64,000 bases of DNA from Raillietiella orientalis (Eukaryota). Below, in pieces: positions 36,310-47,541 of this stretch. The stretch's first letter is position 1. Every line of letters starts with the position of its first letter. The position numbers and the translations under genes were made by a program. The DNA is taken from assembly GCA_036172245.1 (NCBI GenBank), contig JAYWIR010000043.1, positions 124,001 to 188,000 of the forward strand. The letters run 5' to 3'. The notes under the pieces are model-generated. The model did no database searches. It was not told where the DNA came from and saw only the letters and a program-made list of their open reading frames with translations.

Positions 36310-38232
36310 ATGTCGACCCAACTTGAAGCTACTGAAGTTGGAGGAACAGCATCCGGATCTGCAATCGCGGAACCGACGGCCGCCTCCACTTCGTCTTTCT
36401 CGCCGATGGAGAGGAGTTTTGCTGACGTTGCTGCCACAGCAGCCGTCAAAGGGAAACCACTCGACGAGTCGGAGTTGCGAGCATACGTAGCCCAAGGCTA
36501 TAGACCTGCTCTCCGATATAAGGTGAGTGGCTTTCTTTCTGCGCGCGACGGAAATCAGTTCAACGATGAACTGACCCGTGTTGGCGTGCGGGAGGAGGAC
36601 CTTCTCGCCATTATGCCCGTAAAAGACATGGGCTATTTCAAGGTGCGTTGCAAAGACGCTGCACTGGTGCAACGTTTGCTGCGCACCCCGTTGTCGATCC
36701 GTGGCCAGAAGGTCTTCCCGGCCGCCATGGACGACTCATTTGTGGTGGAGATTTTCGACATCGAGTCGGAAATCTCCGATACTGATATTCGGAACGCGTT
36801 GGCGAAATTCGCCACGGTCCATGCGCTGTGGAGGGTGCGTAGCAACCTCAAGGACTTCCTGTCCATACAAAGCGGAGTCGCTGGAGTCCGGCTTACAATG
36901 CCGGACCGCCGTCTGCTGCCCACCAAACTACAGGTGAAAGACACGGTCGTTCACCTGTGGTTCGTGGGCAAAGTAAAAACGTGCGAGCAATGCGGGAAGG
37001 AGGGGCATTGTTTGGATAAATGCCCCTCTGGAAAATGCCGTTATTGCAAACTATCCGGGCACCAGTTGAAAAATTGCCCGGATCTTTTGCGAAAAAAGGC
37101 AGCCGCGGAGCTCCATTTTAAAAAACAAAACGCGGATAAAAAAAAAAAATCTGCGAAAAACCTGCAGACCCCACGGCAGAAATTCGGTAAAAACGCGAGG
37201 CGGAATGTCGCCCCAAAGCAGCAGGACACCTCGCACGCGAAGCCCTGCGCACCCCCTCTGCCGGCAGGGGAGCCGCAAAAGAAAGGGTGCGGGGAATCCG
37301 GAGCAATGGTAAGTCCCCCTAGGCGCAATAGCTGTCCTTCCCAAGCACGCCCGGCTCTCTCGGAGTTCGAGCAACCGGCGTGGACGCCAATGGACAACGG
37401 CGGTAAGGACACTTCCAGTACCGTCAGATCCATTCCTTCACCTCCTGCAGTGGCTGAGAAGCCCAAATCGGGTAAGAAGTGTTGTGCCGTTTCGACTTCG
37501 AAAGTCGGCAAAAAAAAATCCGCGTCGCGATCCAACACCGCGGAAGCGGAGAAAAATCTCACGCCGTCGCAGTCGGAGAGCAAGCTCTCGACTGGCGCGG
37601 ATGCCATGCCAACGAAGGGATTAAAAGCCCTTCCGAAAGCAGCGTCCATGACGAGCGTGTCGGAGCCATCGAAAGTGCTCCCGTCCAAAGACGCGGATGG
37701 CTTCAAAGATGGCCATGGAGCACAATCTCCATTTACGGCGCCACGCGAAGTAAGGAACCGTAATGAAGTAAAGAAGACTTCAGCAAAGGTCCCTCGTGCA
37801 ACTGCGCGTGAGCACGCTGAAAACGCGCGCGCCGGGAAAGCAGCCGTCACCAAAAGCGATGCTCTGGTGACGGAAAACGAAAACAGGACAGCTGTCAATC
37901 CAGCAGAACCTGTCACTGCTTCGCGGAAGGCCGAAACCCGATCGAACATGCGCCGGTCGGACTCCGAAATGGATGCCGTTCCGATCAGCGAGACGAGGAC
38001 AACTCGTTCAAAAGCGTGTGCGCGCCGATCAAAAGTAGGCAGCCAGGCAACGCTCGCCGCGAAGCAACGCGAAGTCTCCACGAAACCCGACGGGGTTCAG
38101 CCTGGCGTGGAGGCATTACTTGCATGCAGCACGACAGAGGACGGTGGCGACCGTCCCCTCCAGCCAGTCGTGCTGCTCGCCGTCTGCTCGCCGAATAAAG
38201 CGAGCAAAAAGCCGCCACCTTCCCAGCAGTAA
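36310..38232 (+). CDS. L1-F ORF1, intact gag-like protein (~640 aa; RRM-like region, 2 CCHC, long basic/low-complexity tail)
   Basis: Uninterrupted frame 36286-38232, first ATG at 36310; RSFADVAA, CEQCGKEGHCLDKC, CRYCKLSGHQLKNC. Confidence 0.9.
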   Translation: MSTQLEATEVGGTASGSAIAEPTAASTSSFSPMERSFADVAATAAVKGKPLDESELRAYVAQGYRPALRYKVSGFLSARDGNQFNDELTRVGVREEDLLAIMPVKDMGYFKVRCKDAALVQRLLRTPLSIRGQKVFPAAMDDSFVVEIFDIESEISDTDIRNALAKFATVHALWRVRSNLKDFLSIQSGVAGVRLTMPDRRLLPTKLQVKDTVVHLWFVGKVKTCEQCGKEGHCLDKCPSGKCRYCKLSGHQLKNCPDLLRKKAAAELHFKKQNADKKKKSAKNLQTPRQKFGKNARRNVAPKQQDTSHAKPCAPPLPAGEPQKKGCGESGAMVSPPRRNSCPSQARPALSEFEQPAWTPMDNGGKDTSSTVRSIPSPPAVAEKPKSGKKCCAVSTSKVGKKKSASRSNTAEAEKNLTPSQSESKLSTGADAMPTKGLKALPKAASMTSVSEPSKVLPSKDADGFKDGHGAQSPFTAPREVRNRNEVKKTSAKVPRATAREHAENARAGKAAVTKSDALVTENENRTAVNPAEPVTASRKAETRSNMRRSDSEMDAVPISETRTTRSKACARRSKVGSQATLAAKQREVSTKPDGVQPGVEALLACSTTEDGGDRPLQPVVLLAVCSPNKASKKPPPSQQ

Positions 38233-41200
38233 TGCGGGGAATCGCGTCTTCTCGTCGTCTGTCGGTAACGTGTTGGAATGTGAACGGACTGCAGAACGAC
38301 GAGAAGAGGCGATTAGTAGCCAACGCCCTGCGCCCCTTCGACCTCGCGCTGCTGCAGGAGATTCACGTAATCTCCGACGAGCAGGCAGCCGAAATCGAAG
38401 AGCGCGCAGGCGGAACGCTACATTGGCGGTGCGGCGGAGCACACACGTGCGGCGTCGCGTTCCTCGTAAGAGGAAAAATGGCGGAAGCGGTGCGCAGTGT
38501 TCGTTTCGATGACAACGGACGGATAGGCCAGCTTGTCATCAAGTGGTCCGTGTCCATCGATCTCGTCGTTACGAACGTCTACGCGCCGAGTGGCTCTCGC
38601 TACCTCGAAGAAAGAGTAGCTTTCTTTGGTGAGGTGCAGAGCCAGTGGCTCAACAACTCCGGCTTCCAAGTGGCGCACCTCGTCGCTGGGGACTTCAACG
38701 TCCGCCTGCTCTCCGACGATTGGAGCCGCCCGAGGGAGCGCGCGCTGCCCATCGAGATGTGCGCGTCCGTGCACGCCGCCAACTTGATGGTCAGCGAACC
38801 TGGGATGGGAAGATCGCTCGATCACGTTTTCCTCGATGAAAACCTGCATTCGCGTGTGGGTAGGAGAGGAAGATTGTTGACTGAGCTTTCTGACCACCAC
38901 AGGTTGGAGTTTGAGATCCTTCCGCCAGGCAGGGGGCCTCCGTTGCAAAGCTGGAGGATGCAGGCGGATTGGCTTAGCCAACCGGAGGCTGCGGAGCATC
39001 TACGTGGATACCTCCGGGGCTTTGCCATTCAAGAACTTGCGGACTGGGACGATCTCAAAAAATCTGTCCGCGAGTTCTGTTGCCAATTCCCCTTGCACCG
39101 GCTTCCACGCGGTTTCGGAGAGGGCGTGGCCAACAGTAGAGACTTTCTGCAGGCCCGCACGTTTTCGAGACGCGCGGATGTCGGGCGTCTCGCAGAGTAC
39201 AAGGCGAGGGCCGAGCGCCAGGTCTGGCAGTCCGGAGCAGCAGGCCTGTTGGACGACAAGGGCCAGGAATGTTCGGCCCCAGCCGAAGTACGCCGCATTG
39301 TGAGACGCTACTACTCCTCGCTCTACGCGGAATCCCCGACGGAGGATATTCTTTCTGAGATACTCCTGTCTCAGGATGCTCGTGTTGTCGGCGAGGAGGA
39401 ACGCGAACGTCTCGACGAGCCCTTCACGGCGGATGAATTTTCGTCCGGCATCGCTGGGCTGAAGAGACGAAAGGCGCCAGGCGAGGATGGGCTCCCTGCA
39501 GAGTTTTATCAGTGCTTTGCAGTGGAGCTCATTCCCTTGATGCTGAAACTCGCGACGCTGATGAGTGAATCCGGGAATGTCCTTGAATCCTTCCGCTCAG
39601 AGAAGGTGCGTCTCCTGCCGAAAGGCGGAGACTCGCGCCAACTTAACAACTGGCGTCCGATCACCTTGGTGAACTCGGACGTCAAGTTGTTTTCCAAGCT
39701 GTGGGTCGCGCGGTTAGGAAGAATCGCGGAATCTGTGTTGAGCCCGGAACAAACCTACGCGGTTCCGGGACGATCCATGGAGGCGAACATCCTTTTCGCG
39801 CGTACATGGATGCAGCTGCAGGAAGTTGTGGCGCAGCAAAGCCAGGCTGCTGCGAAAGTCACTGCCGCAGGCAAAAAGAACAGGCGCCGACGGCAGGAGG
39901 GAACGCAAGGTGCCTTGGCGGTCGCGGTCGATCTCCACAAGGCGTTCGACTGCGTAAACCAGAAGCTGCTTTTGGAGCTTATGGAACGCCTTGGGTTCCC
40001 GGCGCAACTCCTGCTGTATTTGCGCGCGTGCTGGCACCACGCGCTAACCTGCATTACTTTCAGCGGCTGCCGCGTGTATGGTATTCCCGTTCGTAGGGGC
40101 ATCCGACAGGGCGACAGCTTAAGCCCGTTGCTCTTCAGCATCTTCTTTGAGTTGATGCTAAGAGCATACAGGCTGACGCTGTCTCACTTGCCAAGCTCCT
40201 GCCCGGGAACGCCTGCCGTGGCCGCCTACGCTGATGACCTGCTTCTTCTGCTCCCCATGTCCACCCCGGCGTCCAGTGTCGAGGATTTCTTCGACCTGAT
40301 TCGTCGAGGAGCGGGCGTGAGCGTGAACAGAGAGAAGAGCGTGGTCGTTCCTGTGGGTACGTCGTGGGAGGGGCAGTCCGACTGGATCCGCCTGGGGATC
40401 CCCACGGGCGGGTACTTTGAGTACCTTGGCGTTCCGTTGTGCGCTTTCGGCGCAGCCGTAGCGAGGACGGACTGTCTTCAGAAAGCAGAGTTGACCATCA
40501 GCCCGTTCTTTAACGGCAAGTTTACCTTGCAGGAACGGGCGACTATTTGGAACACCTTTGTGGCCCCCCTCCTCCGTCCCCTGTTTTTTGTTTGCGACCT
40601 TCCCTATGCGGCAAAACAGCGGGCTAAACGCCTGCTCAGGAACGCTCTCTGGGGTCCGGCGAGATCCAGGATCCGCTTTAAAGATTTGTCAGCTCCTCGT
40701 CGGGATGCTGGTTTGGGTATCCTGACAATGGAGCGAATCGGACTGCAGGTGCAGTTCCGACTGCAGGCACTGTGTGCCCAGCTATGGACATCCCCCCTGT
40801 GTGTGCCAGCTCGCATTCTCCTGCGGAGATGCGCCGGCAGTGGAAGATTTCTCTCGCTTTTGCCGGGCACTCAATACAGGAAGCGGGGTTTCGGGTTTCC
40901 ATTGCGGCAGTTGACCGCACTTCTGGAAGCACACTCTTGGATCTCCTGCCGCCCAATGAACTTTGAAGCTTGGCGGCAGGAGTCTGTTGAATCCTGGGCG
41001 ACGTTCCAAGGAATACGCCCTGAAGATCTTCGCCCCCTGCGCCAATTTTTTCCACGATCCTTGGGAGAAGGACTGCAGGACGAGGTGAAGTTTTCTACCC
41101 TGGCTGCCACGCCTCTTGCCGCAGCGCTGTCTGCCCTTAGGGCGAGAAACGACAGTTACCAACCGGCGAGGTGGGAGGTTTCCTGCACGATAGCGGGAAG

Positions 41201-41825
41201 AACCAAACTCCTTGGCACCTGGAAGACAAGTGAGTTGGCGGACGCCGCCACTCCTCGTGTTACTGCAAAGGGACTCCTCCGGTGAGCAGAAGAACTTGCT
41301 GTCACCCCCGAAAAACTTGTAGTCCCCCCACAGTGTATAAACAGTTCGCTGCTCCCCCTTGCTTGGAAACAAGCCGTGCTGCTTTTCGTTCACTGGGGTT
41401 TTCAGTGCAACGAGCGTTGGCATCGTGACTCCGGGGGACTTGCGTCTGCGAACTGCGTTCGGTGCGGATCGACGGAGTCGATTCCCCACCTACTTCTGGA
41501 CTGCGGTGTCCTACAAGGACTGTGACGTAGGCTGGCAACAGCACTATTGCATCCCGTGGACACCGCAAGAGACTTGCTGCGACGATTCTTCACGCCGAGC
41601 GGGCTTTCACTAAGCGCAAGGATTGCAACCATCGGTTGCATACGCGCGATAGTTTCCGTCCGCCAGGCGTTGGTAATCAACGGACAGCACCAAGAGGTAA
41701 TCAGCAAAGCATCCTTTTACATGGGAGCATCCGCTAGATGGCCTCATTTGACAGAGGAGATAAAGAGGAATCTCGCCGCAATACACCGCCGGTTTACACA
41801 CCCTCATCAGCGGCCAACCCGGTAA
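38232..41825 (+). pseudogene. L1-F ORF2 (APE endonuclease, reverse transcriptase, CCHC), ~1197 codons with two nonsense mutations
   Basis: Open for 1017 aa (WNVNGL, LQE, GDFN, LDH, SDHH, KAPGEDG, NWRPITL, DLHKAFD, QGDSLSP, YADD at 40227-40238). TGA at Trp positions 41283 and 41523; same frame continues through CVRCGSTESIPHLLLDC to 41825. Confidence 0.96.
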
Positions 41826-42147
41826 TCATTGCCCTACCCTCCATAAACTAAATTTGCATTTTCTTTTTACACCCGCGTCCCCATAGGCTCCGGAACATTT
41901 TAGGTGCTCATCGTATAAATCCCCGTGAGTACGGAGCCTAACCAAAAACCCGTTACCCTTCCCTCCAATTTTTGATTTTTGTTTGTTTCCCCTCATTCCC
42001 CCCACGCTGCGAGCGGTTTGTTTACCAGGCTTGCGTTCCGATAATTTTTCTATGTTCTCTGTCGTTCTCTTGGTTGGGAACATGGTCCCTGACCAGTTTA
42101 TTATTATTAATAAACGCCCCGGCGTGGCAAGGTGATAAATTTCAATC

Positions 42148-45100
42148 TCCGCCTACTAACAGGTGAGCCGGAAACACAGGTGAACGCGATGAACGAGTTG
42201 TGCGCCGCCATGCGTGCGCGCAACTTGTTCGCGGGTGAGAGGGGAATGGTCCGTAGCATCGACCACGTCTTCCTCGACGCTGACCTGTGTTCACGGGTCG
42301 GCAAACGGGGGAGGGTTGCGTCAACGTTGTCGGACCATTCCCGGTTAATTTTCGAGATGCGGCCTCGCGACAAAGGACCGCCATTCAGAGACTGGCGTCT
42401 GCCGGGGGACTGGACGCGACTCTCAGGTGCGAAGGAACACCTTCGCGAATACCTGAGAGGCGTCACGCTCCGGAATCTCCAAGACTGGGACCTTTTTAAG
42501 GAATCGGTCCGGGAATTCTACGAGCAGTTCCCCCTGGACCGCCTGCCCTCCGGATTCGGCGAGGGTCCTTGCAACCATCGGGCCTATTTACAGGCCCGTA
42601 GGTACGAGCGAACCCCTAAAGTCCGTCGCCTGGCCGAGTACCGCGCCGGGGCCGAACGCCAAGCCTGGCAATCCGAATCGGCCAGCTTGCTGGACGACCA
42701 GGGCCGGGAATGTTCGTCCCCGGCGTCGGTACTGCATCTCGTGCGGAGTTATTATTCCTCCCTTTACGCCAGGGCGCCCCCGGATCAAGATGCCTCTCGG
42801 CTCTTGCTTCCGGATGGTGCCCCGGCAATAGGGGAGGAGGAGTCGTTAAGCCTCGATGAGCCTTTTACCACTGGCAAAATTCTCGCCGGTATCAAAAGGC
42901 TCAAGAGACGGAAAGCTCCAGGGAAAGACGGCTTGCCCGCGGAGTTCTATCAGAGCTTCGCGGAAGAGCTGGCACCCCTGCTGCTTCAGCTGAAAAGGCT
43001 GATCCGAGACGAAGGCGATGTTCCCGCCTCGTTTCGGTCAGCCAGAGTGAGGCTCTTTCCGAAAGGGGGAGACCTTAGGAATTTGAACAACTGGCGTCCG
43101 ATCACGATTGTGAATACGGACGCCAAGTTGGTTGCCGGGCTATGGGCTTCGCGTCTGGGGCAGGTGGCGGAATCCATTATTAGCCCGGAGCAGAGATATG
43201 CTGTTCCCGGGCGAAGTATGGATGCCAACCTCTTCTTCGCGAGCACGTGGTTGTACGCGCAGAGGTGTCGAAAGGAAGGGAAAGAAAAATCGGCAACCCC
43301 ACTTTGGGGCCGCCAGCAGGGCAGGGAATGGACTCCCGGGCGGGGAAGGGGGCCTTAGCGCTCGAAGTCGATCTCCATAAGGCGTTCGACTGTGTTGACC
43401 AGGGGCTTTTGTTGGAGCTCCTGGGTCGCATGGGCTTCCCACCCTCCTTGATCAACTACCTGCGCTCCTGCTGGCGCCATGCCATAATTTCCGTCTCTTT
43501 CAGCGGTCAGAAGGTGCATGGCGTGCCAGTGCGGCGGGGCATCAGGCAGGGAGATAGCCTGAGTCCCCTGCTCTTCAGCACCTACTTTGAGTTGGTGCTG
43601 AGAGCCTACAGGGTGACTTTGGCCTTCTTGCCTAGCTCGTGTCCCGGCACGCCCGCCGTAGCAGCCTATGCCGACGACCTTCTGCTCCTGTTACCTATGT
43701 CCACCCCAGCGAAGGCGGTCGGAGACTTCTTCGATCTGCTCAGCCGTGGGACCGGACTGCAGGTCAACAGGGCGAAGTCGTCGGTGGTGCCAGTAGGTGC
43801 GGCGTGGGCAGGGCAGCAGGACTGGGTCCGTCTGGGGATCCCCACGGCGAGGTGCATCAAGTACCTTGGTGTGCCTTTGGGTGACTACTCCCCTGCGGAA
43901 GCGTGGTCCAGCTGTCTTCAGAAAGTTGAGACGGCGATCGGCCCGTTCCTGGAAGGCAAGTTTCACTTGCCGGAACGGGCCGCGGTTTAAAACGCCTTCG
44001 CGGCCCCCATCCTCCGCCCCTTGCTTTTTGTTTGCCCCGCCCTTAGAGAATGCAAAAAGAGGACGAAGGACCTCCTCCGCATCGCCCTTTGGGGCAAAGG
44101 GAGGCCCCGAGTCCCTCTGCAGGACTTGTGCGCTCCGCGTCGGGACGGCGGCCTTGGCCTCCTGACGCTGGAGCGCGTGGGAATCCAGCTGCGGTGGCGA
44201 ACCCTCGCCATCGCAGCGAAGATGTGGAGCACCCCTTGGTGCGTTCCGGCCCGCCACCTTGCCAGGCGTGTGTCCCGATGCGAAGGACTCGCGTCGTTTC
44301 TTCTGTGCCCTGGCCGGAAGATCCGAAGATGCGGCCTTATGCTCGGACGCATAGCAACCTTGGCGAAGACGAACGGTTGGATGGTTTGTGGCCCCGCCAA
44401 CTCCTCCGCCTGGTTGGAGGAGTCTGCTGGCACATGGGCTAAGCTGAACCGGAGAAGTGAAAACCACATGAACTGCCTTCGAATCGGCCCATACGCCAAC
44501 CGCACCCTGCGGGAAATACTGGAATTCCCCCGGAGTCGCAGGTGGGCGTTGACGACCCCCCTTGCTACGGCGATGCCCTACCTCCTGAGGGCGCTCCAGG
44601 ATCGCCAGAAGCCGAGGTGGAAAGTCACCTGCCAGATCGCAGGCAGAGAGAAGATGTTAAGCGGCTGGACCACAAAAGAACTGGCGGACGCCACGACCCC
44701 GAGCGTCCAGCCGCGTGGATTAATGAGATGGGGCGAGCTGCTCGCCATCCCTACGGATGTGCTGAAGTGGCCGTCGGTACTAAAGGAATCCAGGATCCTG
44801 CCCCTTAAGTGGCAAGAGTCGGCGTTGCTACTGCTGCACTGGGGATTACCCTGCAACGCACGCCGCTTCCACTGGACAAGGGGAACTGTGGATCCTGAGT
44901 GTGCCAGGTGCGGAGAGCGGGAATCGCTCTCCCACCTTATTGTGGACTGTGCTGCCATCCGACCCCTCTGGGAACGGTTCGGGGCGACCCTAGAGCTCCC
45001 TACAGGCAGCACCCCCAGAGACGTTCTTCGGCCCCTCTTCGTGAAGGACGCACTGCAGCCAGCCGCAGCCATCGCAGCCTTGTGCTGTGTCCGTGGCATC

Positions 45101-45274
45101 GTGGCGGCATGGAGCGACGCCAATAACGAAGGAGTGGGTCCACACGCGAGGGATGTCATCCCATACGCCCAACGCTTCATGCGGAGAGCTGCCGGATGGC
45201 CCCAACTGGGGAATATACGGACGGACCTCAAGGGCTTCCTTCAACGGATGGGCCCTCCTCACAGCGTTCAGTGA
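42148..45274 (+). pseudogene. L1-D ORF2, main part (EN C-half, RT, C-terminal CCHC)
   Basis: IDHVFL, SDH, KAPGKDG, NWRPITI, DLHKAFD, RQGDSLSP, YADD, KYLGV, CARCGERESLSHLIVDC; frameshift near 43300, stop at 43988. Confidence 0.93.
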
Positions 45275-45368
45275 TCCCTTCCCTGCCCTCCAACTTCTTT
45301 TTGTCTGTTTATGTTTTTTATTTTTCTTTTTGTTTTATCCCCATCCCCCTTCGCTGCTGAGGAACGCT

Positions 45369-45493
45369 ACGCTGGGCTGCGTCCCGGCGTCCCGGCAAGT
45401 CCAGTGCATATGGCCGTGAGCGGGGCCTTGTACCGCGGATGTAGAGTTGTTTTTTTTTAAAAAATAAACGCCCCGGGCGTACCCGGGTGTAAA
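45369..45493 (+). promoter_or_regulatory. Conserved structured 3' end: CUGCGU stem-loop, AATAAA, terminal hairpin ending GGGTG
   Basis: Equivalent modules at the 3' ends of L1-B, C, E, G and I, and degenerate in F. Confidence 0.75.
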
Positions 45494-45875
45494 CCTCCAA
45501 GGCTGGCAAGAAGGCCGTAAGGCGTCCGGCCTCCCCTCAGGAATCCCCCACTTCCGACCCCGAGGTGCAGGCCTGAAGCACAGCCTCCCTTTCCACGGCA
45601 CCGTGCAAGAAGGCTGGACGTAAGTCCACAAAGCCAAGGAAGCTCGTCTCCCCCTTCGAAGGGGAAGAAATGGCTTCCGCAAGCGAGGGTGCCATGAACG
45701 TGGGAAACCCTCGGGACCCGTCGCCCTAGAGACTCCCACGCGCGGACACGGAGGGGATGGAGGGAGTGGAGGCCGAATAGGTGCCTCAGGTGCCTGAGAA
45801 GTTCGAAACCCCCATGGAAATCCCGCCCGCCTCGCAAGAGGAGGGCTCCCCTACACCTTAATCTTCCCAGCAGTA

Positions 45876-47336
45876 ATGCCAAGAATCACCACCCGCCGTC
45901 GTCTGCGCATCGCCGTTTGGAACGTGAATGGCATGACAGACGCCGGCAGGAGACGAGACATATTTGCCCTTCTGGAGTCCTACGACCTTGCGCTGCTGCA
46001 GGAGATCCACGTGATCTCTGCAGAACCAGCGCAAGAGATCGAAAGGATCTCCGGAGGACGGCTATGGTACAGGTGTGGGAGAGCGAGAAGTTGCGGTGTC
46101 GCCTACCTGCTTCGGCCAGCCGTCGAGACCGCGGCTCGGGGCGTGCGGTTCGACGATCACGGTCGTGTCGGCCAGCAGACTCTCAGGTGTTCCGACTCGA
46201 TCGATCTGATCGTCACGAACGTGTACGCACCGAGCGGCAAGGACCTGATGAGCAGGAGGGCGAGGAAAGAGTTTTTCCTTGCCCTCCGGAGAGACTGGCT
46301 GACCGAAGAGGCGTGCGGAATGCCCATCTGGTTGCAGGCGATTTCAACGTTCGCCTGAAACCAGATGAGCAGAATCCCGAGCGTGACCTGGTGAACGAGG
46401 TGTACAAGGCGGTGCACACCTGCAATTTGTTGGCCAGTGCACCGGAGATGGTAGACAGCATTGAACACGTGTTTCTTGACGAGCTCCTGTGCCCTCGCTT
46501 GGGCAGGCGTGGCAAGTTACCGTGCGAGCTCTCCGACCATCGCTTGCTAGTCCTCGAGATCCATCCGCGCGACAGGGGCCCCCCCTCGTCAGCGTGGCGT
46601 CTCCCAGGGGACTGGCTGACGCTCGCGGACGCGGCGGAACATCTCCGCACGTTCATACGGAACTTCAGGCTACGGACACTCCAGGATTGGGATCGCTTCA
46701 AGCAGTCGGTCCAGGATTTCTGCCACCAGTTCCCTCTGCACCGCCTACCTACGGGTTTTGAGACCAAAGTACGTAACGAAGAAGCCTACCTGCATGTCCG
46801 TCGTTACGCGAGGACCCCCGACATCCGCAGGCTGGCGGAATACAAAGCGGGAGCTAAGAGGCAAGCCTGGCAGTCCGGATCGGCCAGCTTACTGCACGAT
46901 CAGGGCCAGGAGCACTCGGCACCTGCCCAAATTTGCGGCCTGCTTCGGAGTTACTACTCCTCCCTGTATGCCAGGGCACCTCCGCAGAGGAACGTCTAAC
47001 GACTCCTGGTTTCGGAAGGCGCTCCAGCGATCGGGGAGGAGCAGAGAAATATTCTCGACGAGCCTTTGACGATGGACGAGATCCTCTCGGCCATCGGAAA
47101 GCTCAAGAGGCGAAAGACTACAGGGGAGGACGGCCTGCCCGCGGAGTTTTATCAAACTTTCGCGGCTGAGCTTACTCCCCTGGTACAGCAACTCACCTTG
47201 CTGATACGCGAAACAGGTGACGTTCCCGCCTCGTTTCGTTCGGCAAAGGTGCGGCTCCTCCCTAAGGGAGGAGATCTGAGGAGCATGAACAACTGGCGTC
47301 CCATCACAATAGTGAATGCGGACGCCAAGTTGCTGG
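45876..47336 (+). pseudogene. L1-C ORF2, 5' part (endonuclease and RT N-terminus)
   Basis: MPRITTRRRLRIAVWNVNG, LQE, GDFN, SDH, NWRPITIVNADAKLL; several lesions. Confidence 0.9.
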
Positions 47337-47541
47337 TTGCCACCCAGTCACGCCGGGGCGTTTATTAAAAATTCTCTTTGATTCGTGGTACGAGGCCCCT
47401 CTGCGGCCAACTCAACTGCACCTCCGGGTCGCCGGTACGCAGACCGGCGCGACTGTCCTCGGCAGCGGAAGGGGGTGGGGAAAAAACCCCAAAGAAAAAT
47501 AGAACATAAAAACAAAAAGATTTGGGAGGGTTGGGGAGGGA

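Larger units (their letters stand above)
36232..42138 (+). mobile_element. L1-F: full-length element (5907 bp) nested in the L1-D endonuclease region; most intact copy
   Basis: Perfect 9-bp TSD ATTTCAATC (36223-36231 and 42139-42147); 5' GGACGTGTTTT at 36238; 3' AATAAACGCCCCGGCGTGGCAAGGTGATAA. Confidence 0.96.
28097..45493 (+). mobile_element. L1-D: full-length element (~5.66 kb net) nested in L1-C ORF1, itself split by L1-E and L1-F
   Basis: 5' GGACGTGTTTTT at 28110. ORF2 pieces 29946-30135, 35953-36231 and 42148-45274 join seamlessly (AGGRL|YWQCG; GDFN|LRLL). 3' AATAAACGCCCCGGGCGTACCCGGGTG near 45463-45489. Short TSD CCTCC at 28092-28096 and 45494-45498. Confidence 0.93.

Noticed and set aside
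41283..41525. TGA-to-Trp genetic code reassignment
   Set aside because: TGG is used throughout, homologous Trp codons in other copies mutate to TAA or TAG as well, and TGA terminates ORFs (for example 45272-45274).
45356..45400. Hammerhead ribozyme (CTGAGGA) in the L1-D 3' UTR
   Set aside because: No GAAA follows the stem, and the CUGANGA core is not conserved in sister elements B, G or C.
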